A DNA stretch of 34,025 bases from Methanosarcinales archaeon (GCA_025464275.1 JAODGR010000080.1:1-34025); one strand, 5' to 3'; shown: positions 1 to 8,256, counted from the stretch's first letter. Translations and numbers: made by a program. Notes: generated by a model from the sequence alone, not told the origin.

Positions 1-54
1 ATGCTCCAGTGGCGGTATCTCGAGATTAAAATTGAGATTCATATCGTATTCAGC

Positions 55-684
55 TTAAGGTTTACGTGCTTGTGGTAGATCATGCCTCTCTATCCAAGGA
101 TACTTTGCCTCTCCAAACCTATTCGTTATTTCCATACGAATTTTCTCTCTGCAGTGCTTCCTTAAATAGTCAATGGCTTTACGTAATGACCCATCATCGG
201 TAACGAGGTATTTACTACATTCTAAAATTGAATTTGCGTAAATCATCAAGTTATATGGCTCCACTGATGGTTTTGAGCCCTCATAAAGAACCTCTGCCAG
301 TTCAAATACATCATTCTGGTCTACATTTGAGAACTCAATACCGAGACTTTTGCTACTCTGAACAAAAACCTCAATGATGTCTTTTATTTTTGTTCTTTCC
401 TGGTATTCAAGCTCATAAGTAGCTTCTCTACCAAAAATTTCATCAAATGGTGCCCGCTCTTCTCTCTTTTTATCATAATAAAACCACCTGTGATAAAGAA
501 AATACAATTCCAAAATGCTGATTTTGCTTATAACTAATTTGTGCCCGTTATTCAGAATTTGCTGTAAAAAGGTATAATATTTTTCCAATTTACTTACATC
601 TCCTCCCTCTTCTTTCACTCTAAGGTATTCTGAAGTTTTAACCAATATATTTGTGTCAAGAAAATAGATCTCTATCAGTGACAT
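55..684 (-). CDS. PIN-domain (VapC-like) protein, putative nuclease
   Basis: N-terminal YFLDTNILV, ISKISILEL, PYNLMIYANS and LVTDD match the PIN pattern D..E..D..(T)D; the third acidic position reads N. Last gene of the AT-rich operon, 7 nt after the ATPase stop. Confidence 0.8.
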   Translation of the reverse strand: MSLIEIYFLDTNILVKTSEYLRVKEEGGDVSKLEKYYTFLQQILNNGHKLVISKISILELYFLYHRWFYYDKKREERAPFDEIFGREATYELEYQERTKIKDIIEVFVQSSKSLGIEFSNVDQNDVFELAEVLYEGSKPSVEPYNLMIYANSILECSKYLVTDDGSLRKAIDYLRKHCREKIRMEITNRFGEAKYPWIERHDLPQARKP

Positions 685-691
685 ATCTATC

Positions 692-1942
692 CTATCTTTT
701 CCTTTCCTTAAATTCGGCTATCCACATGTCAGCAATTTCTTTTATAAGGATTTCGTTTATCAATATCTGTCTACTCACTGCAATTTCAATAGCCTCGTGA
801 CAAAAATTCAAAAGGTTTCTTGGGTTTGTCTTTACAATATCGGGTAGTAATTCCCATAAATTATCAGGAAACGGAAACAAAGTCTCTTTCTCTTCACGAG
901 CATCGTTAAGGTAAGCCAGAACAAGTTTCTTCGCACCATCCGGATCAAGGGGTTGAATTCGAATTGGTCTCAGAAGTCGTGATGCCAGGGGCTCACAATA
1001 CTCTTCTGTTAATTCCCAAGCGGGTGGTACCATAGCAATAATTATACCCAGAGGCATGGCACTTACCAGGTCAAAAAGACGTCTTAAGGTGTATTCGTAA
1101 TCTGTTGCCTCTTTCACAGTGAACCGTTTCGACGCTGGGATTTCCTCAAATTCATCGAGAAGAATCAAGATACAGCTATAATTGTCCACTCTTTTGATAA
1201 GAGAGAAAATTGCTGAAAGGAACTCATAATCGCCTATTTCCTTTTGCCTTTTCGGAGCTATATCCTCCCAATCAAAATAACTCTTATAATGACTCTCCAT
1301 GAGAATACGAGACAGTTTACGTGCACCATTAGCATTTACTCCAATAGATTTCTCAATAATTTCACTGAAAATACTCAATATAGCGTCTATATTAGCCCTC
1401 AATTTCTTAGCGTAGTCAAAGAAAGTTCTGTGATCACTTAGAATATGTTCTTGCACCGATGTCCCAAACCAGGGGTATCTCCCCTTTTCTGAGGGAAAAA
1501 TCTTGTAATACCAATCTAAATCATTTTTTTTCACCCTGCTTAGTAGCTCTTCCCGTATCACATTCCATAATTTCCTCACTATATTCCCTAAACCTATTGC
1601 TCTGATTACACTACCTGTAAAGTCATGAAAACCATATCCAGGGGATTGGATATAAAAACTGGCGACCTTAGGAAACTCCTTCTTTACAAAGTAATGAACC
1701 ATTTTAAGATAAAAAGTCTTTCCAGACCCATATTCTCCAATAAGCGCGCGACCTACTTTTTTATCTCCGTGAAGTAACGCATTAAGAAAATTTTCAAGCT
1801 CTTCTTTCAACCTCTTATCCGGGAAGGTTATGACCCTTGGGGGCTCCAGTAAAGCACCATCTGAAGGAAAAGGGTTTCTGGAAAGCCCCAGGGGTTTATA
1901 CCTCTCTTCGGGTTCCATCTCTTTAATCTCTAATCTCTCCAT
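692..1942 (-). CDS. AAA+/P-loop ATPase (BrxD/ExeA/STAND-like architecture)
   Basis: Walker A GEYGSGKT (aa 69-76), Walker B ILILLDEFE (DE at aa 263-264), N-terminal LGLSRNPF, possible Arg finger PLASRL, and sensor-2-like NPRNLLNFCHEA. Confidence 0.85.
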   Translation of the reverse strand: MERLEIKEMEPEERYKPLGLSRNPFPSDGALLEPPRVITFPDKRLKEELENFLNALLHGDKKVGRALIGEYGSGKTFYLKMVHYFVKKEFPKVASFYIQSPGYGFHDFTGSVIRAIGLGNIVRKLWNVIREELLSRVKKNDLDWYYKIFPSEKGRYPWFGTSVQEHILSDHRTFFDYAKKLRANIDAILSIFSEIIEKSIGVNANGARKLSRILMESHYKSYFDWEDIAPKRQKEIGDYEFLSAIFSLIKRVDNYSCILILLDEFEEIPASKRFTVKEATDYEYTLRRLFDLVSAMPLGIIIAMVPPAWELTEEYCEPLASRLLRPIRIQPLDPDGAKKLVLAYLNDAREEKETLFPFPDNLWELLPDIVKTNPRNLLNFCHEAIEIAVSRQILINEILIKEIADMWIAEFKERKR

Positions 1943-2952
1943 TGTTTCGTCTCCCAGAGTTTGTTATGAACAATTATATGAGTCATCCATATATTATTCA
2001 ATTTTATAAAGTTCTTTAAAACTTTTTCATCGGTCTTCTTTGATAGGCTTCTAAAGGTCAAAGTACCCTTTGAGGAACTACTGAATTTGATATACTCCGG
2101 TAATCTTCGCCATGCCTCCAGAAAAAAATGATTTTGGATTTCTTTTACAGAGACCCTTAACAAAGGTGCTAATTCAAATATCGTCAGGTCAATGGGGAAG
2201 AATGTCCACTTTGAGTGCGGAGAAGGTCTATATAGTTGCAGGAATTTATCCAAAAGATCTTCAAATCGTAGTGGTGATGATAGCGGATTGAGTGGATAAA
2301 CAATGTGCCTTTTTTCATCAATATATATCTCCTCAATCAGAGAACATTCTCTCCCCCATAGTTGCAGTCCCCATTCTATAGCCATACGTTCTATCGGGGT
2401 TTTAAGAATAATTTGGTCACCTGTTTTCTCATTAACATATCTTTTTGTCCACATTTTCCTTCTTTTCTTCTTCAATTCCATCTCCACCATTACAGGAAGA
2501 ATAGATACCACTTCTCCATATTTTATAAAATCGTCCCATGAGAAAGCTTTTTTACCCATAAATATCCAGAAGAAAGCTTCTCTACAATCAGGGTTGTCAA
2601 TGAGTATTTTTTGAAAAATAAGCTTTTCTTCAATGTTCAAAGGAGCAAGGTAACGATTTAATTCGATAAGCTTATGAACTTCCGTTTTATCCATGTTTGA
2701 TACATACTTTCTATTCGTATTTTGTTTAATTAGCTGCAATTTAAGAGCGGTTCGTATACAATGATAAATAGGCGTTTTAGCAAGCGGAGCTCCTTCTTTT
2801 TTCACAAAAATCCCCTCTTCAATACCTCTATTAGCGATTTCGGTATAACGAAGACCATTATATTTTTCAATTAGCAACAGAATATCCCTTATTTTTGAGA
2901 GAGGGACTTCTTTTCTCATCCAGTAAATTCCATCTCTTATCGCTTTTTCCAT
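1930..2952 (-). CDS. Hypothetical basic protein, probable multi-winged-helix DNA-binding protein
   Basis: 340-aa ORF overlapping both neighbours (16 nt and 13 nt). The N-terminal segment LSKIRDILLLIEKYNGLRYTEIA...IYHCIRTALKLQLIKQ resembles a wHTH. No catalytic motif recognised. Alternative start at 2919. Confidence 0.6.
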   Translation of the reverse strand: MEKAIRDGIYWMRKEVPLSKIRDILLLIEKYNGLRYTEIANRGIEEGIFVKKEGAPLAKTPIYHCIRTALKLQLIKQNTNRKYVSNMDKTEVHKLIELNRYLAPLNIEEKLIFQKILIDNPDCREAFFWIFMGKKAFSWDDFIKYGEVVSILPVMVEMELKKKRRKMWTKRYVNEKTGDQIILKTPIERMAIEWGLQLWGRECSLIEEIYIDEKRHIVYPLNPLSSPLRFEDLLDKFLQLYRPSPHSKWTFFPIDLTIFELAPLLRVSVKEIQNHFFLEAWRRLPEYIKFSSSSKGTLTFRSLSKKTDEKVLKNFIKLNNIWMTHIIVHNKLWETKQWRD

Positions 2953-4151
2953 ATCACTATGCTCTCCTTTGCTGATATCTTTCCAAATTTACTCATCTGC
3001 TGGGGACTATTTCCTCTTAACCTTGCCACAAGTGTTTCCTGATGTGTTAATCCGAGTGAATCGGCTATCTCTATTAAAATATCGCTAACAGGAACCAAAG
3101 AACCCCCATACCTCACATCTCCTATCACAAAAGCAGCAAAACACCCGGGCTTTAATACCCTCACTACCTCCTTAAGCACCAGATACATATCCTCAAAATA
3201 GCCCCTTATCATAGGGATAACATGCTTATTAGGCAAAGTTTCTTCTTCCAATTTTTCTATGATCTCTTTTAATTTAAAAGGTTCTTCATAACCTTCTGCA
3301 GCAAAAACTTCTTTTGCTTCTACATGGGAACGTAAGGTTTTATATCTCAATCTTTTTATATCTCTCTCTGATCTTAGAAAACCAATGGCTAATTCTAAGA
3401 TATACACTCTCGTATAATCGTGCCTGTTAAGATAGGGAGGTGAAGTAATAACAGCATCAAAGGATTCTCCTGGAAAATGAATTTCCCGTGCATCTCCTAT
3501 TTGAGCCCTGGATTTAGTATTATTCTGCGGGTTGCTGTGTTCGATATCGCTGAGCATTTCATTAATTTTGCTGAACAAGATTTCTTTAAAGTCGGGTATC
3601 TTTTTGTCAGTGACTATCCGTAAAAAGCCACCGTCTTTCCTGGCAAAAGCAACTTTTTCCGTAATAGAAAGAAGAGCGGTGAGGAAGAAATATTTTAATT
3701 CTTTATCTCCCATCTCCTGGACCCAATTTTTAACCACGAAAATATCAGATAGCACATCGGGGTCAAAGAACTTATGGAGCATCTTGATTTCAGGGATTAA
3801 AGGATTAGTTTTGTCAGGATTGCTCAGGAGCTTATCAAGTTCTTCAATTTTATACTTGATTTTATCTATATTATAGTTTTGTAATTTGGCATTAGAGATA
3901 AATACGGAAAGGGGTAGAATGTCTATCCCGATAGCAGATATTCCCCTCTCCTTTGCAGCCAATAGAGTAGTCCCACTGCCACAAAAAGGGTCTAATATGA
4001 CGCTTTCACAGCCAAGATTAAAATTGTCTATTAAATACCATACTAAATCCCTTGAGAAACTATGGTTAAAATGATACCATCTATAAATAGGAAGTGTTCT
4101 ATTTTGGTATGGTGTTACCAGAAAATGGAACTTATTTTTTTCCTCTATCAT
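2937..4151 (-). CDS. Site-specific DNA amino-methyltransferase, alpha class, probably N4-cytosine (M.AvaI/M.BsoBI-like)
   Basis: Motif I ILDPFCGSGTT precedes motif IV ITSPPY; the C-terminal GNSPQQM resembles the AvaI/BsoBI-type MTase tail. ATG at 4151 has a GGAGG 10 nt upstream; the ORF track extends to 4193. Confidence 0.9.
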   Translation of the reverse strand: MIEEKNKFHFLVTPYQNRTLPIYRWYHFNHSFSRDLVWYLIDNFNLGCESVILDPFCGSGTTLLAAKERGISAIGIDILPLSVFISNAKLQNYNIDKIKYKIEELDKLLSNPDKTNPLIPEIKMLHKFFDPDVLSDIFVVKNWVQEMGDKELKYFFLTALLSITEKVAFARKDGGFLRIVTDKKIPDFKEILFSKINEMLSDIEHSNPQNNTKSRAQIGDAREIHFPGESFDAVITSPPYLNRHDYTRVYILELAIGFLRSERDIKRLRYKTLRSHVEAKEVFAAEGYEEPFKLKEIIEKLEEETLPNKHVIPMIRGYFEDMYLVLKEVVRVLKPGCFAAFVIGDVRYGGSLVPVSDILIEIADSLGLTHQETLVARLRGNSPQQMSKFGKISAKESIVIWKKR

Positions 4152-4338
4152 TCTAACACATCCTCCAGTTCCTTGCTCTAACTCAAGCTTCATTCCGCTT
4201 CTCTACCGTTCAACATCTCCGCGGTATAAACAGTCAGGTTTTAAGGTATATTTTAATAGCTCCTTAGCCATAAAAAAATTATCTTCATATATTCATATGG
4301 TACATGTATGATATAACACAATAGCATAAGCGAGGCAT

Positions 4339-5493
4339 ATGAAGTGCAGAATAGCAGATAGGGTGAACCAGATAAGGGGTTCGGGAATAAGGGAATTCTT
4401 TGATATCGCGCAGCAGATGGAGGATGTAATCTCCCTGGGTGTTGGTGAGCCTGACTTTGTAACCCCGTGGAGCATAAGAGAGGCTTGTATATTCGCTCTG
4501 GAGAAGGGTTACACATCCTATACCTCCAACTGGGGGCTGATGGAGCTCAGGCAGGCACTATCTGACTATACATACCGTGAGACGGGCGTGTATTACAACC
4601 CTGAGGATGAGATACTCATCACGACCGGAGTGAGTGAAGCTCTCGACCTCGCACTTCGTGCGATTCTCAATCCAGGTGATGAGGTAATCCTGCATGAGCC
4701 CTCTTATGTGAGTTACAAACCCTGTACGATATTCACAGGTGCCACTCCGGTCTGTATAGATACGAGTATGGAAGAGGGTTTCAAACTCCGTGCGGATAAG
4801 ATGAAGCCCACGGAGAGGACGAAAGCGGTGGTCCTGAACTATCCAAACAACCCTACGGGCGCGATAATGGGGAGGAGCGACCTGGAAGAGATAGCGGATG
4901 TGGTGACCGAGCACGATTTGATTGTTATCTCAGATGAGATTTACAGTAAGCTAACATATGAAGGCAGACATACCTGCTTCTCCTCACTGAACGGTATGAA
5001 GGAGCGTACAATACTGCTGAATGGCTTCTCAAAGGCGTATGCCATGACTGGCTGGCGAATTGGATATGCCATGGGACCCAGTGACCTTATAGGTGCGATG
5101 ATGAAGATACACCAGTATATAATGCTCTGTGCACCGATTACCGCACAGATGGCAGCCTTAGAAGCGCTCAGGAGCAGTAATGAGGTGGAGAAGATGGTCG
5201 CGGAGTACAACAGACGGAGGAGATTGATGATACAGGGTATGAAAGCGATAGGATTGGAATGCTTCGAGCCAGGAGGTGCGTTCTACGCCTTCCCTTCCAT
5301 CACTCCTACCGGACTGACTTCGGAGGAGTTTGCACGCCGGTTGCTGATGGATGAGAAGGTGGTAGTGATACCTGGGAGCGTATTCGGAGCGAGTGGCGAG
5401 GGTTTCATAAGGTGCGCTTATGCAGTCTCAGAATATGAGCTTAAAGACGCGCTGGAACGCATGGGGGAGTTCATATCGGGACTGACTAAATAG
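4339..5493 (+). CDS. PLP-dependent aminotransferase class I/II (aspartate aminotransferase-like)
   Basis: SLGVGEPDF, NYPNNPTG, SDEIY and NGFSKAYAMTGWRIG (PLP lysine) motifs. Confidence 0.95.
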   Translation: MKCRIADRVNQIRGSGIREFFDIAQQMEDVISLGVGEPDFVTPWSIREACIFALEKGYTSYTSNWGLMELRQALSDYTYRETGVYYNPEDEILITTGVSEALDLALRAILNPGDEVILHEPSYVSYKPCTIFTGATPVCIDTSMEEGFKLRADKMKPTERTKAVVLNYPNNPTGAIMGRSDLEEIADVVTEHDLIVISDEIYSKLTYEGRHTCFSSLNGMKERTILLNGFSKAYAMTGWRIGYAMGPSDLIGAMMKIHQYIMLCAPITAQMAALEALRSSNEVEKMVAEYNRRRRLMIQGMKAIGLECFEPGGAFYAFPSITPTGLTSEEFARRLLMDEKVVVIPGSVFGASGEGFIRCAYAVSEYELKDALERMGEFISGLTK

Positions 5494-5521
5494 CCGGTAC
5501 GGTAAGGGTAGGTACACATTG

Positions 5522-5535
5522 GTTTATTTTATATG
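5522..5535 (+). promoter_or_regulatory. Putative TATA box for tRNA-Gln
   Basis: TTTATTTTATAT about 45 nt upstream of the mature tRNA 5' end. Confidence 0.45.
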
Positions 5536-5579
5536 TGCATCAAATAAAGAGTTAGAGATAAAGATAAAGAAGAAGAGCG

Positions 5580-5652
5580 AGTCCCGTGGTGTAGTGGTCA
5601 AGCATACAGGCCTTTGGAGCCTGTGACAGGGGTTCGAATCCTCTCGGGACTA
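5580..5652 (+). tRNA. tRNA-Gln (anticodon TTG)
   Basis: Acceptor AGTCCCG/CGGGACT (A1-U72, typical of archaeal tRNA-Gln), D-loop AGTGG, anticodon arm CAGGC-CTTTGGA-GCCTG, T arm AGGGG-TTCGAAT-CCTCT. No intron and no encoded CCA. Confidence 0.97.
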
Positions 5653-6105
5653 CTGCTCCATCGTCCCACCTCCGGCTTCTCCACCCTTCCTCAGCCTCTT
5701 CACCATCTTCACCGCCGCTTCTACCGCCCTCTTCGCATAATCAACCCGTTCCTGCGCCTCCAGTCTGGTCATTCCCGGTCCTGATACACCCAGTGTCACG
5801 GGCTTATCGTACTCCAGTGAGAGGTCCATGATCTTCCGTGTGAGCTGTGCAGCGATCATCTCGTCGTGCTCCGTTGCACCCTCTATCACACAGCCCAGTG
5901 TGACCACTGCGTCCACATCCCCACCTCTCAGTAATTCCTTCACTGCAAGTGGCATATCAAACGTTCCAGGTGTATAAAACGTACGAATGACCCTGGCACC
6001 CAGGAACTCTGCGTGTTCACGTGCCAGTATCTCCATTTGATACGTGATATCCCTGTGGAACTCAGATACCACAAAACCCAGTTTTATCTCCTCCTCTTCT
6101 AACAT
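5650..6105 (-). CDS. ribH: 6,7-dimethyl-8-ribityllumazine synthase
   Basis: GFVVSEF, PGTFDMPLAVKELL, DAVVTLGCVIEGATEHD and KPVTLGVSGPG of the archaeal lumazine synthase family. Confidence 0.93.
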   Translation of the reverse strand: MLEEEEIKLGFVVSEFHRDITYQMEILAREHAEFLGARVIRTFYTPGTFDMPLAVKELLRGGDVDAVVTLGCVIEGATEHDEMIAAQLTRKIMDLSLEYDKPVTLGVSGPGMTRLEAQERVDYAKRAVEAAVKMVKRLRKGGEAGGGTMEQ

Positions 6106-6200
6106 CCCTATCTCCTCCCCTGAGTTGACCGATATTGAAGATAAGATAAGATGATAGCTCTTCCTATTTTATTATTGCTTATTTATCCCTATCACATCAG

Positions 6201-6243
6201 TGGCTCTGGCTCCGACTCTGACTCTGGCTCTGCCTCTGCCTCT
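6201..6243. repeat. Degenerate hexamer tandem repeat (CTCTGN)n
   Basis: ggctct ggctcc gactct gactct ggctct gcctct gcctct immediately downstream of the surface-protein stop. Confidence 0.8.
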
Positions 6244-7825
6244 ACTCCCATTCCTTCCTCTCCCCTGGTCCAATAGCAGCTGGCAGTTTATTCCTATTCC
6301 GCTCTCTCAGCCTCCTGAGCCAGATGTACAGCCCGAAGGATACTATCCCGAGCAGGATAATAATCAATAATCTACGTGCGAGCCAGAGGATGTATTCAAT
6401 ATTGAACCTGATTGATGGACCAGAGGCATTATTCCGCTTCTCCAGTGCGGTGGTGCTGTTGATATCGCCGGTGGATGCGGATGTGGATGTGGATGCGGGC
6501 AGTGGTGTCGGTATTGCTGTGCTGCCTGTTGTAGATGTGGGTGTGGATGTGGGTGTGGATGTGGATGGAGGTATGGATGGTGATGCAGGCGCGGGTGTGG
6601 GTGTAGCCGTAGCTGTAGCTGTGGCTTGCGTTCCCGTAGCCGGGACTATCTTGACGTACTCCCGGGAGGGTAACCATCGCGTCCTCGCCTCCTCAGGTGT
6701 CAGTACGAGATACATCTTATCATCCTCTCCTTCAACTCTGATCTCGCGTGCGCATCCAACGATTCGCCCCGCTCTGCCCACTATTATAATCCTGTCATCG
6801 GGTCTGAGATTGAACCCGAACCGGTCATCTACCAGCATCATATCATCATGCTCAATCTCATAGTGCCAGGGGCTCTCAACCACTACCACCCCATACCTTG
6901 TGGATAGTGCCCCTGAGCCAGCAGATGAGTTCATGGATTTCAGCCTGATGGTGTAGTTTGATAGCCCGTAGCCATGTTTTATCTCCTCCACCTTCGCTTC
7001 CAGGGTTATTGTATCGTTCGCATAGCTGTTGTCCCGGATGAACTCCTCATAGCTCAGGGCATATCTGCTCGGCGGTATCGGCACAGCGCCCAGACCGCGG
7101 CATTCCACACCGTCTGGAATACCATCTCCATCGGTATCCTCAGCCAGTGGGTCTGTTACAGCTCCATAAGAGCCAAATACCTCTTCTGAATCTGAGAGTC
7201 CATCATTGTCGGTATCACGCTCGGTGGGGTCGGTTTTATAGATATACACCTCGGCACCATCACTCAGACCATCATAATCGGAATCTGCGCGGGTAGGGTT
7301 CGTACCTCTGGATATCTCCTCACCGTCATCCAACCCGTCATAGTCCGTATCCGGGTTCGTGGGGTCCAGCCGGTAGTGGTACTTCCCCATCAATTTGAGT
7401 ATCTCCTCTGTATCGGTTATCTCTCGCATCTCGGTGGTATTCTCTATGTGGATGTACATACAGAGCTCCTCAAGGTCATTCAGCCCATCTCCATCGGTAT
7501 CCTCAGCCAGTGGGTCTGTATGGAATCCAAACATCCCGGTTGATTCCGCATAGTTCGATACACCATCATCGTCGGTATCATCATCCCAGGGGTCACTCTC
7601 TCTTTTATACTCCTGATAATTCGTCAATCCATTGTGGTTCACATCCACATTCGCATCCATAGCATTGTTGGGATTCAAGCCATGCTCCACCTCCCAGCCG
7701 TCTGGAATGCCATCGCAGTCCGTATCCCTGGATAGTGGATGCTGAGCAGCTGCAGCGGCAAGCGAAGCTAACAGAGCAATGCCGAGCAATGCTGAGAGCA
7801 GAATTTTAAACTTCAACTCCTGCAT
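6242..7825 (-). CDS. Membrane-anchored cell-surface protein with TSP3-like Asp-rich Ca-binding repeats
   Basis: Signal peptide (FKILLSALLGIALLASLAAAAA), about 8 DxDxDG(L/I)xD..E..TDP repeats, a beta-rich (possibly OB-fold) domain, a long P/T/S linker, a C-terminal TM helix and a basic tail. Confidence 0.85.
   Translation of the reverse strand: MQELKFKILLSALLGIALLASLAAAAAQHPLSRDTDCDGIPDGWEVEHGLNPNNAMDANVDVNHNGLTNYQEYKRESDPWDDDTDDDGVSNYAESTGMFGFHTDPLAEDTDGDGLNDLEELCMYIHIENTTEMREITDTEEILKLMGKYHYRLDPTNPDTDYDGLDDGEEISRGTNPTRADSDYDGLSDGAEVYIYKTDPTERDTDNDGLSDSEEVFGSYGAVTDPLAEDTDGDGIPDGVECRGLGAVPIPPSRYALSYEEFIRDNSYANDTITLEAKVEEIKHGYGLSNYTIRLKSMNSSAGSGALSTRYGVVVVESPWHYEIEHDDMMLVDDRFGFNLRPDDRIIIVGRAGRIVGCAREIRVEGEDDKMYLVLTPEEARTRWLPSREYVKIVPATGTQATATATATPTPAPASPSIPPSTSTPTSTPTSTTGSTAIPTPLPASTSTSASTGDINSTTALEKRNNASGPSIRFNIEYILWLARRLLIIILLGIVSFGLYIWLRRLRERNRNKLPAAIGPGERKEWE
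6470..6625. repeat. Hexamer-based low-complexity tract encoding the P/T/S/A linker
   Basis: Runs of GTGGAT/GTGGGT/GTAGCT encode TATATATPTPAPASPSIPPSTSTPTSTPTST. Confidence 0.8.
7122..7519. repeat. Exact 35-bp direct repeat (7122-7156 and 7485-7519)
   Basis: CCATCTCCATCGGTATCCTCAGCCAGTGGGTCTGT occurs twice and encodes TDPLAEDTDGDG on the minus strand. Confidence 0.9.
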
Positions 7826-7914
7826 TTCAGGTGGGATGGAAAGAAAATGATACAGATAGTCATAAATTAGTTGCTCCTGATGAAATCCTTGTTGAATATA
7901 CAGGAATAATTTTT

Positions 7915-8256
7915 TTACCTTATGTAGAAGAATAAACTCTCATCTTCCTCTTCGTCTCCCTCTCCCTCTGCTCCTACGGTCGAGCCTGAGCCTTTTACCA
8001 TGGTTGCCACTACCTGAAGGAAATTCCGCTCCACCAGTCTTACCGCTTCTGCACTCAGGTTATCCGCTTTCTTTATCAGCTCACCTCTATGATTGTACAC
8101 CCTTATCGTACCCTCTTCCGGACTCGTCATCACCCTGTATATCCTACCGCTTGGCATTAGCCATGCCCAGATATTGACATTAACTTTAACATCCTCATCG
8201 TCTTCTTCTCCGCCGCTCGTGTTCCTCATATTCCTCATGTTCCCCATGTTCCTCAT
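7915..8256 (-). CDS. Small hypothetical protein with acidic low-complexity termini
   Basis: ORF track gives 7915..8322. ATG at 8256 has AGGAG just upstream and avoids overlap with the preceding gene. Globular-looking core VNIWAWLMPSGRIYRV...NFLQVVAT. Confidence 0.65.
   Translation of the reverse strand: MRNMGNMRNMRNTSGGEEDDEDVKVNVNIWAWLMPSGRIYRVMTSPEEGTIRVYNHRGELIKKADNLSAEAVRLVERNFLQVVATMVKGSGSTVGAEGEGDEEEDESLFFYIR

Larger units (their letters stand above)
55..4200 (-). other. AT-rich, probably horizontally acquired defence island
   Basis: Visibly lower GC than the flanking DNA (sample 60-nt lines gave about 28% and 47%, against roughly 50% or more elsewhere); four co-oriented, coupled genes of defence-type families. 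Boundaries approximate. Confidence 0.7.

Noticed and set aside
2937..4151. Assigning CYCGRG specificity to the MTase
   Set aside because: It rests only on family resemblance. CTCGAG and CCCGGG sites are common in the window (for example 19-24), so there is no sign of avoidance; a methylome is needed.
55..4151. Calling the island BREX, Ssp or a classical type II R-M system
   Set aside because: No PglZ, BrxL, PAPS-reductase or recognisable endonuclease gene lies within the window.
4152..4193. Longer MTase N-terminus (MKLELEQGTGGCVR) from the ORF track
   Set aside because: The downstream ATG at 4151 has a well-placed GGAGG and leads directly into the conserved region; the extension is possible but less likely.
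55..5652. tRNA-Gln as the integration site of the AT-rich island
   Set aside because: A host-GC aminotransferase gene lies between them, and I see no integrase, att duplication or transposase in the window.
6324..6863. Antisense and alternate-frame ORFs with (VD)n, (VA)n or (HI)n runs
   Set aside because: Shadows of the hexamer repeats that encode the P/T linker of the surface protein.
6201..7760. Possible CRISPR array among the repeats
   Set aside because: No regularly spaced identical repeats with unique spacers; the repeats are coding or microsatellite-like, and no cas genes are present.
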